Of a stretch of 64,000 bases of DNA, positions 1 through 13,989 are shown piece by piece (the first letter of the stretch is position 1; each line of letters starts with the position of its first letter). The position numbers and the translations under genes are program-made. The stretch is from Octopus sinensis (lineage: Eukaryota): the NCBI RefSeq assembly GCF_006345805.1, contig NC_042997.1:85374001-85438000 (forward strand), read 5' to 3'. The notes beneath the pieces are model-generated. The model worked only from the letters and a program-made list of their open reading frames with translations, was not told where the DNA came from and did no database searches.

Positions 1-645
1 ATGCTGCGGGATGGGCCGGAGTGGAAGAAGCCCAACGTGGAAACCATGTCACAATTTGATCTTTGACGAACCAGCAAGGGAAGTTGATAGACGAACCTGA
101 GGAGATGTGTGAGGTCTTTCAGGACCACTTCGCCCAGCTTTTCGGGGGGGGGGGCTGAGTGTAGGAAGGACGTAACGGAATTCCTTGCCGGGCTGCCGTG
201 TCCCTCGGAGCAGGATGCGAGTTGTAGTGAGGGGCCGATCACGTCTGAGGAGGTAAAAGAGACAATGGAAGACTGCGACGCGGGTAAAGCGCCAGGGCTG
301 GATGGTCTACTCTACGAGCTGTATAAGAGCATGCTGGACTAGTTCGGACACCTATTGGTGAGTGTCTACGCGAACAGGCAACAAATTGGACTCATCCCCA
401 GACCTTTACGCCGAGGAGTGTTGACGCTCGTCAGAAAGGACCCGAACAACGGGGATGTCATTGATAATTTTCGGCCCATCACTCTGCTCAACGCAGAGCT
501 GAAGATTTTGGCTAAAGTGTTATCGAAAAGATTGGCGCGTGTCGCGGATGGGTTGATCGGAGGAGCACAGACACGTGCCATCCTCGGCAGATCCATTCAG
601 GATAATCTCCATCTTATACGATACACTACAGAGGGAATAAATAAC
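1..645 (+). mobile_element. Tx1/L1-clade non-LTR retrotransposon ORF2 fragment (linker plus RT N-terminus), pseudogenised
   Basis: ORFs 109-342 and 355-720 read GKAPGLDGL..ELY, GVLTLVRKD...NFRPITLLNAELKILAKVLSKRL and GRSIQDNLHLIR, which are canonical LINE RT motifs. An in-frame TAG lies at 340-342; similarity stops near 645. Confidence 0.85.
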
Positions 646-744
646 GATTCCATCACTCAATACTCATATAACATTGTGTTGTGGACCATACATATATTGA
701 GTTCTACACCAGGTTATTAGTCTCACTATGTCTAAGCGATATAT

Positions 745-745
<1 letters not shown>

Positions 746-781
<36 letters not shown>

Positions 782-916
782 TGTATATATATATATATAT
801 ATATAAAGTTTGGCAGCACGTCGGTTTTAATCTACTCAGTCAATGAGTTTTAAAATGGATTCTGACCTTTAAAAATAAACTAAACTAGGAAGTAGCCTAA
901 ATTAATATTTAAAAAG

Positions 917-1006
<90 letters not shown>
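746..1006. repeat. Microsatellites: (CA)n/(TA)n at about 746-805 and (TAA)n at about 919-1006
   Basis: Read directly from the sequence; the (TAA)n tract produces the poly-Tyr ORF 902-1147. Confidence 0.95.
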
Positions 1007-1008
<2 letters not shown>

Positions 1009-1009
1009 G

Positions 1010-1505
1010 TGTTATCATGTACATTGTTTTGTCTTGGTATAAAAGATGGGCTACAGCAAATATTCTGCTCAATACCACAGATTTGCTTGTCAGTTGTTTG
1101 ACCTTAACCAGTTGAGCATGTCCCTTAGTGGCTGACGATATGTGCATCTCTGATCACGAGCAGAAGTAGTGGGGGAGCATCATAGCCATGTGTTGAGAGG
1201 GATTCTTTGGGGTTTGAATAATTCACCTCTGGAAACATGGGTGTTTCGTTCAACATCCTTAAACAACCCTTATTCAGGGACCTTTTGAGCGGGATGGGCT
1301 ACTCAACCTGAAGAAAATTCTAACCGGGCCCCACCTGCAAGGTCATGTGCTGTTTATCTTGATATGAGATCACCATGTCGCGCACATATGGTTGTGATGC
1401 ATGTGCCTGGTGTACCCTTATCAGACGGGTAGTCATGATGGGTATATTGCACTTCGTATATTTTACCCCAGTGTCACTTTGATGGCATGAACTGCTCTCT
1501 CACTC

Positions 1506-1562
<57 letters not shown>
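1010..1562 (+). mobile_element. Retroposon 3' end (LINE 3'UTR or SINE) with an (AAT)n tail
   Basis: A GC-richer 0.5 kb block ending ...ctgctctctcactc and followed directly by (AAT)n at about 1506-1562. It has no ORF; family not assigned. Confidence 0.45.
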
Positions 1563-2119
1563 TAGTAGCACCGTCCTGAAAAGTAACGCTTATTAAATTT
1601 TGCCATTTTCCGATAGAGTAAAAACTTTTTTTAATGACGACTACGGTAATAGTAGGTACTTACTTTATTGGAGCGTGATGACGAAAATTTTGTTGCACCT
1701 AATAACAATAACACGCTGAATTACTACGGAGAGGAAGTCGGTGAGAATGAGAAGGACATTAACAGAAATACAGTGTGGCTGACTGGTCTGCTAGATATAG
1801 ATGCGAAAGAGAAATATAATATTCAATAATGTACGCCAAGACGTATTAGGTTTCGGCCAAGGCAGGATAGCTAAATAGCTATATAGTTATATTTTTCTTA
1901 GACCAAGGCTTATATGGAGCTAAACCGCAACAAAATCAACAACAACAAAAATGACAAAAAACAAAAACCAACAGCACTAAAACTAACAACAGCTTCAGGC
2001 AATATCAACAATAACAACAATAACTCGAACACCAAAATCAGGCACTCTTTTGCAGAGTTCACTCTACCATTATTGGTCGAAGATGAGAAAATAAAGTGAG
2101 CGAGTGCTATTATTTCTTC

Positions 2120-2760
2120 GTCAGTTGTAATCCGGTGAAACACATCCTCATGAAATATGTAACTAGACTGGAATATTTCCTATTCTTTTGATTCGGATAG
2201 AATGAAATGTAGCGTTGATCAAATGTACATTTGCTGACCACACTTATCACGAGATATCGTAGCCTAAAACACACAAGAATGCCTAGAGACAGTGACATCT
2301 TCCAAGACTCTTAGAAACTGAGCAACTGTCGTCATCATTTAGGAGACTATTCCAGCATTTTACGTCTCTACTAATTTTCAGTTACGGCAGGCAAACGCAA
2401 CCGAAGGTGGCTGCTATCTTTTTAGAATGTTATCCTGATACCTCTCAGAACAATCTAGCTTCTCTTGCATTCTGAACAGTTTAGAGGAGAGTATGACATA
2501 CGAAGTCATACAAGGCACCCTGAGTATCGATAATTTTGTACGGAACATCTTCTAAGCAATCATATAGATCATACAGCGTAAGCTCTTGAAAAAGTATCTT
2601 CATCCATAGACACAAACCTTATGGATTAAATCAGATAACCTGAAACTGTGCGGAATCGCAGTTTGGACTGTACTTGTTTTTGGGTGGTGTACTTAATTTG
2701 TTGCGTGCATTAACAATACCATCTGATCCTTTGGATCTTCAAACAAACCTTCACCAAGTA
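2120..2760 (-). mobile_element. Possible heavily decayed R4/Dong-like LINE C-terminal fragment
   Basis: The stop-riddled minus-strand translation contains RFV*RSKGSDGIVN (compare RLYxPRxxGGRGLxN) and a downstream Cys-containing segment. Weak similarity only. Confidence 0.25.
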
Positions 2761-2880
2761 GTATGCACTTCCTACTCTGACTAGGTAAAAAAAAATTCAA
2801 AAATAACAGGCGATTTTTAAAAACAACTTTCAGTGAAATTTTCGTGCAATTTATTTTTATTAGTTCGTACAATTAATAAT

Positions 2881-3065
2881 CCCTTCTACTATAGGCACAA
2901 GGCCTAGAATTTGAGAGAGTGGTATAAGTAGATTACATCGACCCCAGTGCATAACTGGTACTTATTTTATCGACCCCGAAAGGATGAAAGGCAAAGTCGA
3001 CCTCGGCGGAATTTGAACTCAGAAGCATTCCCAACGTGCTAACGATCCAGCCAGCTCGCCGCCTT
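2881..3065 (-). mobile_element. SINE family A (tRNA-derived, about 220 bp)
   Basis: Matches the window-wide consensus ggcggcgagctggcagaatcgttagcacg...gagttcaaattccgccgaggtcgactttgcctttcatcctttcggggtcgataaaataagtacc, which includes a B-box-like gagttcaaatt. Confidence 0.8.
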
Positions 3066-3233
3066 GTTCGTGCAATTAATAACAAAAACAATGTTCAAAG
3101 CCTTTTATTGTTTCAAGTTAAATTTTACTTAATATATCCCTGTAGTAATCCTGGTTTAACTACTGATGTCCTAAAAGAGCACTAAGTTATCTAATATTTC
3201 TTTTTATGTTTTAAAGTATTGTAATTTTATGGA

Positions 3234-3450
3234 TAAGGCGGCACACAAAGCTGGCAGAATCCTTAGCATGTCGGATAAAATGTTTAGAGCAATTTTTTTC
3301 CGGCTCTTTAAGTTCTAAGTTCAAATCCACTGAAGTAGACCTTGCCTTTCAACTCTTAGGGGTCGATGAAATAAGGAGACAGTAAAGTACTGGCATCGAT
3401 GTAATTGACTTGTTTCCTCTCACAAAAAATTATTGGCATTGAAAACTACA
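3234..3450 (+). mobile_element. SINE family A, diverged
   Basis: Same consensus in the opposite orientation to the copy at 2881-3065. Confidence 0.7.
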
Positions 3451-3929
3451 ACAGATTGGCATCTCGACTAGAGGTAATGTTGCGATCTCGGTTCCTTATA
3501 CACCATGAAAATCGATTAACTGGTTCTTATAAGTACTAGGGCTCGAGATATTTGACTGTTATTTCTGTTACATAAAGTCACAATCTAAACAACTAAATCA
3601 TTCCTGTATTTAAAAGGATTTACTGTTTTAAATAGCAACACTACTCCATGGGCCCATTAGATAAAAAATGCTCGAAATATATGATGTCGAACAACAACAA
3701 CAACAATTCTTTTCATTAGAAACAAACCCTTTTAAAGGCAAAAGTCACTGAGTATTGCGATGTCTATTTCAGATATTAGCGATTCTGAAGATTATAGGGT
3801 GAAGACCTAATTCAATCATGAAAACCATGGGATTGCACATTGAAAGTTAACCCACGAGGCACAAGTTCGGGAAAGGTTGTCTTTGGAGATCTGTAGTCAC
3901 CCATTCATACCAACCCCTTTCTTCAAGGA

Positions 3930-4107
3930 AAAGGCAAAGGCTGATACAGCACCAGAGACGTCACAACTCATTTCTACAGCTGAGTAAACTGGAGCAACGT
4001 AAAATAAAGTGTCTTGCTAGAGAATACAACGCACAGCCCAATCCGGGAATCGAACTCACTACCTTATAATTGTGAGCCCAACGCTCTAACTACTGAACAT
4101 GCGCCGT
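3930..4107 (-). mobile_element. SINE family C (tRNA head), partial
   Basis: Homologous to 48436-48758: actcatttctacagctgagt..ctggagcaacgt..aagtgtcttgct...gggaatcgaactc. Confidence 0.7.
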
Positions 4108-4329
4108 CACCTGAATATCCATCAGATTAAACTAAGGTTTATCGGCATCGCCTTTCTCCTGTGAAACACTGGTCGAATCGAGACAGTAGGCTTGCATGTA
4201 TGGGGAAGTACAGTAGCAAAAGAAAACCTTGCATAGGTGGTCGCCTTCTATAGGAAGTTTCCTGCTGCAGATAATCAGATCCTCTGAGTGTTTGTGAGAA
4301 AGAGGTAAGGAAACGGAGAAAAAAGACAG

Positions 4330-4487
4330 GGAGAGAAAGAAAGAGAGACGCAGAGAGCGAGAATGTGCGTGCGTGTGTGTATGTGTGTGAGGGCGAGTGA
4401 GGTGTGTTTGTGTACGTGTGTGTTCGAGTGTGTGGTGCATGTGTGTGTGAGAGACAGAGAGAAAGCTTCTGTGTGTGTGTGTGTATG

Positions 4488-4522
<35 letters not shown>

Positions 4523-4570
4523 CTGTGTGTGTATGTGTGTCTGCATGTCTGTGTGTGCGCGTGGGGAGGG
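4330..4570. repeat. (GA)n/(GT)n compound microsatellite
   Basis: Read directly from the sequence; produces the HTHT/CVCV pseudo-ORFs. Confidence 0.95.
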
Positions 4571-4680
4571 TGCACGTGTCTATTTAAGACAGCTCTATGA
4601 AAATCAGCATGTATCTTATATACAAAAAACTTCAATAGCACAAGCAAGATTTACTTGAAAGATCTATATAAATATATATA

Positions 4681-4897
4681 CAGTAATCCCTCGCCGTTTC
4701 GCGGTTTACCTATCGCGGCTTACCTACTATCGTCCATTCCTCCGTGGTGTTGTTTTGCATTGATATTAAAATAAATATATACAAATTATAAAAATAGTAA
4801 AAAGAAATACAGTCCAGTACTGATCCTACTTCGTAGATTTTCACCTATCGCGAGGAGTTTTGGAGCGTAAACACCCACGACAGTCGAGAGATTACTG
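4681..4897. mobile_element. Tigger/pogo-type MITE (217 bp)
   Basis: TIRs cagtaatccctcg...cgagagattactg flanked by TA on both sides; the last about 130 bp match the 3' end of the element at 57216-58210. Confidence 0.85.
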
Positions 4898-6026
4898 TAA
4901 ATGATATATGAAAACAACGGAGAAATTCTTGCGAACGTTAATTTTAGCAGAATTTAACTAAGTATTGCCTCCCTTGGATCAATGAATTCCAGGGGAAATA
5001 ATAGAAATCTAACTAAAGATATATTGTAATTATTTCCCTTAGCTAACTGTAACAAGTCCTTCAAATCGTTAATTTTGCCATTGTTAACACTGTTTATAAG
5101 AAATACAATTCAAGGCTACAGGAAGTTCTATGCCAATACTATAGCAATTTCGAGGTACACTTCGTTACAACAACTGCGACAATATCAAACAGCGATGATG
5201 ACGATATCAATGTCCTCTAAGCGGACTTGTTGCAATCTTTTATTTACATCCTGTAGTGAGAGGAAAGGAAAGAAACGTTGAATAAGGTAGTTCTGCTACC
5301 ACTATAAAATCAAGATTAACATCGATCTGTCCAATCACAGTTGACTTGGAGTTCAGCAACCAAAACAAAATCAACAGCAACGAACATGAGCCAACAAAGT
5401 AGGCCATAAGTGGTCACTAAACATGTTAGAAATAGTTGCGAAATTTCATTAGTATCTTGAAAAGTGGTGGGGACGTGCATATATATTTTTTATTTATTCT
5501 TAAGTGTGTGTATGTTGGTGTGTGTGTGGCTGAAGCCATAAAAATACTTTCTATTCAATAAGACTGAACTGGGCTATAAAACAACAACGATGAACTTGAA
5601 GATGATGATGATGATGGTGGTGGTGGTGATGTCGGTGATGGTTTGTTTTGTTTCGCACATTTCCTTTCAGGAAATTAGTAGTGCTCAAGGGAAGCAACTT
5701 TTAATATTTTTCTAAAGTTATTTCCCTTGGAATTTTTATTCCTATATTTATTTATTTATTTATTCTTTCATTTATCTATTTATTTCTTTTTGCAATATAG
5801 CTGCTAGATAAATAAATCGATTAGCATTTCATTGCACCTTCTATGACTGCACTTTTTATATTCATCCTAAAAAGGAAAGATAGCTCAAAATATCGATATA
5901 TGTTGCAACACATTGTATCAGTGCTTTACCAGTCCTTTCTTTCATTACCCCACCGACAATCTATATATTTGGACTAAGAATAAGGAACAATTAATTTTTG
6001 CATTATTATTACTGGTTCTAGGGTGG

Positions 6027-6235
6027 CTAGCTGGCAGAATTATTATCACACCGGACAAAATCCTTAACGACATTTCGTCCGTCTTTAAGTCCTGAGTTCA
6101 AATTCCTCCGCTGTCGATTTTGCCTTTCATCCGTTTGGGGTTCAGAAAATAAGTACTAGTTCAGTACTGGGTCGATGTAATTGACTCGCCCCTTCTCCAT
6201 AAATTTCAGGCTTTGTATCTATAAGAGTAATTATT
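6027..6235 (+). mobile_element. SINE family A
   Basis: Matches the family consensus. Confidence 0.75.
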
Positions 6236-7834
6236 GAATTTATTGGTTCTAAATTCATCAATAGACGAAGCTTGGACCCAGTTGTTAAGGAGCTCGCGTC
6301 ACAACAAAGAAATCACAGGTTCAGTACAACATAGCATCTTTGGTAGATGCCAGTTTTACAGTGTCAGCTCAACCTATGAGGGTAAATTGAGTAGAGGGGA
6401 GACTGTATAGAAGACCGCCGGGTGGATTGTACCTATATTTCAAAAGGTACAGCCTTTCCACACACTATGTAACACTGATTCTGTCATTTCTGCCAGATAA
6501 TTACGTTAAAACCAGGGTCCGGAAAAACATTCTTAGGACAAAACCCTACTCTAGACTACGTGAATGTTTGGAAGACCATGGGGCAATTTTTTAATGGCGT
6601 AGAGCACAGCATCAACTCGTTGTAAAACTTTAAACGAACCTCAACACTTACTGAAGTTTTTAATACTATTTGTTTTGATATTCCTTTAATGTTCTTAGAG
6701 GTAAATTTTTGTCGTTTTCCTTGTTCCAATGCCCTTGGTATTGCAGTTTTGCTGCGTCAGATCAATCACTTTCGCTTGTTGTCCCGGTTCTCCGCGATCT
6801 ACGTTCAAATTCCTCTGAGATCAATTTTAGCTTTCAATCTTTCGTAGCCGATAAATCGAGAACCAATCGAAAGCAGTGGATTACCTTCTGAAATCTGTCT
6901 GGATCTTTGCGCTCTCAGTCCAAATTCCACTAAAGAAATCAAATTTTACCGATAGCCAAGGCCAGTCACTCGACCATGATACCACAACTAATTAAGTGGG
7001 AAAATGTTGTGGTCGTCTGCTACTACAATGGGACGATTATGATGGTGACGGGCTTAAAAAAGGTCAATTCGACTGAGAAATTTTTAACCACATAACAAAG
7101 TTGTATATGTCATTTGATGAAACTTCTATGTAGTACCTCAACCTGCTACAAATAGCAACTAAATCTTTCTCGTATCATACAGTTGCGCCTTACAAAGAAA
7201 TGGTAGTTAGTCATAGAAAAATAGGGTATGGTGATAGCTGGAACATCTTTGGTTCTTGGTCTACTCATTCAAGTAGCACTTTTGCTACGAATTTCTTCGG
7301 CCTGCTAGCAATATCAGTCAAATATCCTTCAATTTGGATATCAAAATAGAGACACTACATCAGAAAAAACATAAGACCCGATAGTCATAGCTATAACGTC
7401 TTTGTCAACAATTTTGCTTGGTTGGGGGCTGATTTGGCTAGCCACCGAAACTGCCGTCTGCCACTGCTTTTATAATGAAAAGTTTACTTTAAGGTAATAG
7501 AACTCGTCTAGCTATACGTATTAGCATTTGCAAACTGGAAGCTTTCCAGCAATGCTTCTTCTTAAATTCCTACGAGAACACAATTACAAATGTGAGACAA
7601 ATAGTAGAATTAGTATCTGTTGTTCAAAGAAACATTCGAGTAAACGAACTAGTAACTGTATTTAAATGTTGCTGTATCAGACCATCTGGTCCAGAGAAGA
7701 AACATTTGGAACACACATCCAGGAGAAGAAAAAAAAGAGGAACCTTGTTAAACCAGATAAAGGCAATGTCCAAGAAACATATGCATTGCATCAAGAGGCA
7801 AAACTAAACCAGAAATCCCGGCGGGAGCAGCCAG

Positions 7835-8246
7835 AAATATTGCTTTCAAATATTGGAACGAGGCCAGTGATTTCAGGGAAGGGAGTGCAGGTCGATTACT
7901 TTGACCTAAGTACTCATGTGATGCGTATTTTATCGACCCCGAAAGGATGAAAGGTAAAGTCGACCTCTGCAGAATTTGAATGCAGGACGAAAGAACGGAC
8001 GAAATGCTGCTAAGCATTTTGCCCAGCGTGCTAACGATTTTGCCAGCTCCTCGCCTTAGCAGCCTGAAATAGTGGTTTCAAATTTTTGCACAAAGCCAGC
8101 AATTTTAGGGGAGGATAAGTCAATTACATGGACTCCAGTGCTCAACTAGTATTTATTTTATCGACCCCGAAAACATGAACAGTAAGGTCGACTCCGACTC
8201 AATACATGCCGCTAAGCATAGTAACGATTCTGCCAGTTCACCGCCC
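7835..8246 (-). mobile_element. Two head-to-tail SINE family A copies (about 7835-8058 and 8075-8246)
   Basis: Matches the family consensus twice. Confidence 0.75.
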
Positions 8247-8544
8247 TCATAGCCTGAAGTGTTAACATGTTAGCAATATTAATCAACAAATAAACTAATT
8301 GTGTCCGTGGGAAACCACAGAAACCACAAAAAGACTATGTTATCGACAGTTGAATTAATATTAATATACCAAATGCAAAGAGCATTACAAAGTTAACTAG
8401 AAATAATATTACGGTATGGGATGACACAAGATCTATTTCAAACAAACGTCCAAGCTGCCAATTTGGAAGGGTTATAGTTTTATCGTTGTTTGGGGAAAAT
8501 ATTAGAAGAGATCACATTATTTTAATTATTTCGGCAAGCGTGGA

Positions 8545-9670
8545 AGACAACTCTGAATATATTCCGACATTATTATGATCTCATTATGCTGCCAAGAACC
8601 GTTAAAGGATGGATTAGGGATGCCGTGGCTATTGATATGCAGGCATGCATTGAGGCTAAGGCATCTCTGGTTCTACCTTGATGGTGACCAGATGTGGAAT
8701 TCGCTTGCAGAGGAATTCTTTCCACGACCGGCCTCCTTGGAGGAATTTACACCGGATTTGATAAAAAGACAGAATATGACTGAATAGCAAAAGGAATGCC
8801 GAAAGGCACTCACACTAATCCACAGGGCGGGCAAGGCCGGCAGCGGAAACGCTACTTCTGTAGTTTATAAAGAGATGGTAGAGTATAAGGGCGATGGCGT
8901 CCTAGGAGAGGCTCTGGGATTCGATGAGAACCAACTAGCCAACCTGTTTCAAAAAACCTTCCGGTCGGGGTATTTGGATAATTACCAAAGATCCCTGACC
9001 TGGCAGTGTTACAGGGATGCGTTACCTGCCCGTGATAAACTGTCCAGGAACGGAATATCTGTGCCACCGGTATAACCAAGGTGCGGACAGGACAAAGAAA
9101 CTGTCCTACATGCTCTTGTACAGTGTCCGGAACTTTCGGGCTTGATAATTTACGTAGAACATGTGTTGTCGCACCTGGAAAGAGTACAGCTATCAGCTGA
9201 GTCTGTGATAAAGATTGTACCGGACTATCAAAGGAAGGTGAGGCATGTTTTCTGTATACGATCGAAGTAATAAAAGGGTGTGCATGGAGAACAAGAATGC
9301 AAGGAATCGTGACAGGATCCTTCATCTCCGGCCCTGGTTTGCTATACTTCTTCAGGTACCACCTGAAGAGCAAGATAGGGCTGGAAAGAGACATCTGTCA
9401 CGAAGTATATATGAGTAAAGATGGAAGGATGTCGTGGGGAAGTTGGGAGTGACTGTCCCTACTTAATTCCACCCATGTTAAAAGCAAGGTGCAGTCGCTG
9501 GCATTCCGGCCATATTTTGTTAAAAAAAAAGTTTGTGGAAATTTTTTAATTTATATATATATGATTCATCAAATTTTTAAATATAACCTCGCTCAGTACA
9601 TTTGTATGTTTGTAACGTCCTGTACTGTCCTTCTTTGTAATAGATATTTATTATCATAATAAAGAAATCG
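8545..9670 (+). mobile_element. Tx1/L1-clade LINE 3' portion (post-RT region, zinc-binding domain, 3'UTR)
   Basis: Frameshifted translation: KDGLGMPWL, LTWQCYRDALPARDKL, PRCGQDKETVLHALVQC (C-x2-C...H..C). The C-terminus is homologous to 42091-42545 and ends at aataaagaa near 9658-9666. Confidence 0.8.
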
Positions 9671-12600
9671 GTGATTGTCACTTTTCTGCATTCGGCTGCT
9701 GTTGCTCATCTGTTGCAATTGTTAAGTTTGAGCTCTTGTTGGGATTGAACTGTTGTCGTCGTTTTGACGAAAATTTTCGCCCTACAGGGCAGAAGATTTA
9801 TTTGTTTTTCTTTTTTTATTGTACATCTTATTAAACTGTTTCAGGGTGAAAATTAATTTTTGTCATTTTTTGAGAAAAATATTTACGCTTCTATTTTGAA
9901 ATTCGGAGGCCATTTGTAAAAATGGAATTAAATGTTGTCGAATGTCGACTTTCTGTTCTCAATGGAAGACTTGCCGGCAATGAAAGAAAATAACCAATAT
10001 GTCCTGGGGGTAGATTTCTTCGACTCAAGCATGGTCCAGTCAAATGACTGAAACAAGTAAAAGAATAAGCAACTAAAAGAATTACTCAATGAAAGCTAAG
10101 TAAATGGTCTTTTAAGTAAAAGCGTTTATTTTGACAATATCTTGCTTCATATTCTACAACTCAATATATAGATTCTACAATATTTACATTTATTTAGATG
10201 ATTTCTCTGTAAACAACATTCATAGTAAACAAAGTTATGTTTTCATCATTACGATGTCTTGTTAGCTGTGCGGTCGAATTCTCTTGATCTGCAAATATCC
10301 TCAGGTTTCCTGGTTCGTCCACCCAACTGATGGTAACATAAATTAGTCTGTGTGATTATTGCATCTTCCGACTCCTGAGTTTGTTTGTTTCTGGCTACTG
10401 AGCAAATTCTTCACCAGATGCTAATGACCACTGAAATTGAAAGATTCAATCCGCTTCTCTTTAACCTTTGTCCTTGGTTGTTGTTCATCGATATACCAAA
10501 ATAAACCATATAGGAAACTGCAGAAACGTCTGAAAAAATTGTGTCTGTATTGGCAATATTTGGAATTCTTCCTTTGCCCAATTCCAGAAACAAGTCTGCA
10601 TGGTGGGTTGCCTATTAAATGCAGCAAAATCGTTGTTGTTCAAACATTTGAGAACTTCCATATTTGTCTGGATATGAAAAAAATTGCATTGACGTCAAAT
10701 GGAAGACCTTTTCACGCATGCATCCACTACTGAATCGACTGTCTTTTAGTTCGTTTTTATAGAAGACAAATTGGCTTGGTAGTTAATGCGTCGAACAAAA
10801 TGCAACACAGAATTTGTTCCGTATCTCTGCATTCATAGTTGAAATAAAATCCTGTCTAGGAAAGTTTTTACATTTCATCTTGTGGAGATCAATAAAAAAA
10901 AATACCTGTACAAAGCGGTGAATTGGAAGAAGTGAATGAGTGACGAACCGTATGCTTTACTGTAGCTGTAGCTGTTCTGTCCTTCTGTTTTCGAGTCCCA
11001 AATCCCACCAGGGCTTATTTGAGTGGTTGACTTAATTTGCTGCTCGGTCTAACACCACCACCACCTGGAACCTGAGGTGCCAAGTGGTATTGTGGGCATC
11101 ACCTTCCTTTCTGACTAAAGAGATTTTTAAAAATGAAATAATCTTGGTTCTGAGCATTTAGTGGACGGAGAGACGGACTGCCGGACGGACAGAGAAACAG
11201 CTCTTATAATGTAGATTACTTTTTGTATTTTCTATGCGCAATCCCTAATCGAGAATATTTATGACCCAAGATATTCATTCCGGCCATGATCATTCTGTCT
11301 TCTTTTTTCAGACATAGTGCACACAGCATTCTGCTCCCCAACACAACCGATTGACCAGCTGAAGTGCCTCGCAGTCGAAAACTTGGCTGTCATTCAACCC
11401 GTTGGATGAATGCTATATACCAGACTTCAATGTTCAATATGTTCTTCGTTTAAGACGCTCGTGTGTAATTTAGATAAAATTAGCTGCTATTTCTTGCATG
11501 TCAAATGACCGCGTAGAGATTCCATCGTTGATTCGTCTACAAGATGGCTGTTGCTGTTTAATCCCACGTCAACACTTATCCATCATCAAAGGCTTTCTAG
11601 TCGTTATCATCGCGTTATTTAAAATTTTTATATGTACAGAGAACCATTTTAAGACAGCAGTGTGATTTAAGGGAGATTGGTTATTATTTCTAGCATGTTG
11701 AGGTACCACTTTGAAGTTTCATCGCTGATTCGTCACCAAGACAACAAAATACTGGCGACGTAATAGTTCTAGTTTTTTGTTTTTTTAAAAATTACATTAA
11801 ATTCCAAGATGAATGCAAGAGAATTACATAAATTTTTAATTTTGTCATTCGTTGATTAGAGATACTGAAGACAGTGGCATAACGGAAATGCTATTGGTTG
11901 GCACGAATTAGATTAAAGATGAATCTGGAGACATGATAGATTGATTTCAAGAAGATTAACAGAAATTAGAAATAAAAGATGGCGTTGCCCGCTAATTACG
12001 CATTCAATGTGAAACAACATTATTGTTTAGAGGAGTGATGCACAAGATGAACCATATAACCTAGAAGTGATTCTCACAAAATATTTTAATCGCTCAAAAA
12101 CATTTGCATATTTGAGAAGTTGTATGTATATTTGATTATGAAATTTTCACGATCACGCCATTTACTTTTTCTTTATATATTTATCGTAAAAATTCATGTA
12201 TAATACGCTACTCTGTTTCACTATGCATCTCGATTATGGGCGGGGGTAATTTATCCTATAGGCCTATAATGTTATCTCCACTACACAGTCAAATGCTTCT
12301 TGAGATGTGACTTTTGTGCCTCAGTGACTGTGAGAGCTATACCAGTGGCCGAAAGTTCATGGTGGTACCGTCCTCTCGTAGTGGACAAGTCTAAGTATAG
12401 GGCCAAGTCTAACATGGTCCTCTTCTTCCCAGAGGTAAAAATGAGATCGCGTGGGGCAAACATCCCTACCTAGAAATATGTTAAGTTATAGAAGCATCAA
12501 TGGCAATTCCAAACAAACAAGACCTGGAGAGGCACAGGGTCTTTGATGAACAACAGAGAAAAGTCGTCGATGGCCGAAGCTCAATGGGAAGCAAAGTGCT

Positions 12601-12712
12601 TAAAAAAGTAAAATACCATGTATAGCATGCAGCACTGCACAGCTGCTACTAGCGTAGCTAAAATCTGATCTATTATAAACTAGCATTAGTTTCAATACTC
12701 CATTTTATGAAG

Positions 12713-12925
12713 GCGACATGCTAGCAGAATCGTTAGCACGTCAGGCAAAATGCTTGGCAGCATTTCGTTCGTCCTTACGTTCTGAGTTCAAATTCGACCG
12801 AGGTCGACTTCGCCGTTCATCTCATTCAGGGTCGATAGAATAAGTACAAGTTGAGCACTGGGATCGATGTAACCGATTTACCCCCTCCCTCGAACTTTCT
12901 AACCTTGTGCCAAAATTCGTAACAT
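12713..12925 (+). mobile_element. SINE family A
   Basis: Matches the family consensus. Confidence 0.75.
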
Positions 12926-13485
12926 GTATTTCATTTTAAGTAAAATAAACGCATGCATAAATATTAATCTAAAAAGTAATAAAGCAATACTACCTTATTA
13001 TCATATTTTTTAATAACAGTGAGTGGGGGAAACTGTGCAGCCTAATATCGTATTATACACATCCCTAATTTTAATTTTGGTTTTGGTGAGAAAATGTGCG
13101 TGTTAAAGTTTTACGGTAATTTGATATTTACAGCCTTCAGATATGGATAAGTTTTTTCCGTTTTTTAAAAGTATATTTTGAATTAAATTTGTGCATGAAT
13201 ATTGATTTTTAGTTTATTTAGTCGATATTAGAGTGGGTCACGGATGAGATATTGTAGCCCGTAGTAGAAGTAAAATGGTTGTGCATTACTGACTTAGGGA
13301 TACGTTTGTGTTTAACGTTGTATTTTTTTAAAATCCTACTTCATAAAAATTATGAATAAATTAACAAAGATTTTCATCGTAAAATTATATTAGCTCGAGA
13401 TAAAATAGTAACACTTTAACCTGTTGGTAGGTGTTTTTGCTAGTGTAATCACCTGGCAAGCGATAGTCATGTAGTTCGAATCTTA

Positions 13486-13487
<2 letters not shown>

Positions 13488-13518
<31 letters not shown>

Positions 13519-13527
13519 CTCCCCCAC

Positions 13528-13590
<63 letters not shown>
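13488..13590. repeat. (CTAT)n-(CT)n-(AT)n compound microsatellite
   Basis: Read directly from the sequence. Confidence 0.95.
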
Positions 13591-13593
<3 letters not shown>

Positions 13594-13989
13594 CTGATAA
13601 AACTAGACATAAATTTCACCAAAGTGTATTGAAAAGCTTTAAACAACATGCAAGGTCCAATAATAACAATTTACCGATTTTTTAACATATAAAAACAGAG
13701 AAGTAAAGAGTGGATCTGGTCTCTAAAGCCAACTGTTTCGATTATAATCAGACTTCTTAAGTGACGTAGATTCACTTCAGTTGGTAAGATTTAGTGTGTT
13801 CAGTATATATCGAAACAAGATGAACGTGGTGGCGTTGATTGGAAATATCAGCGATAAGGCTGGGGGAAAATACGTATATCAGACTAGGTTTCTGCATTCA
13901 AAATACAAATACATAAATAAAGTTTACGTCCTTATTGAAGGATGCTATCATGGTATCTATAGATAGGGTTAACGCTTGTCTGGTGTGAG

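Noticed and set aside
10411-10733. Possible host exon on the minus strand after a good acceptor (ttttttcatatccag|ACAAATATG.., MEVLKCLNNNDFAAF..)
   Set aside because: No recognisable protein similarity, no convincing donor or partner exon, and overlapping short ORFs on both strands; it cannot be supported without RNA data.
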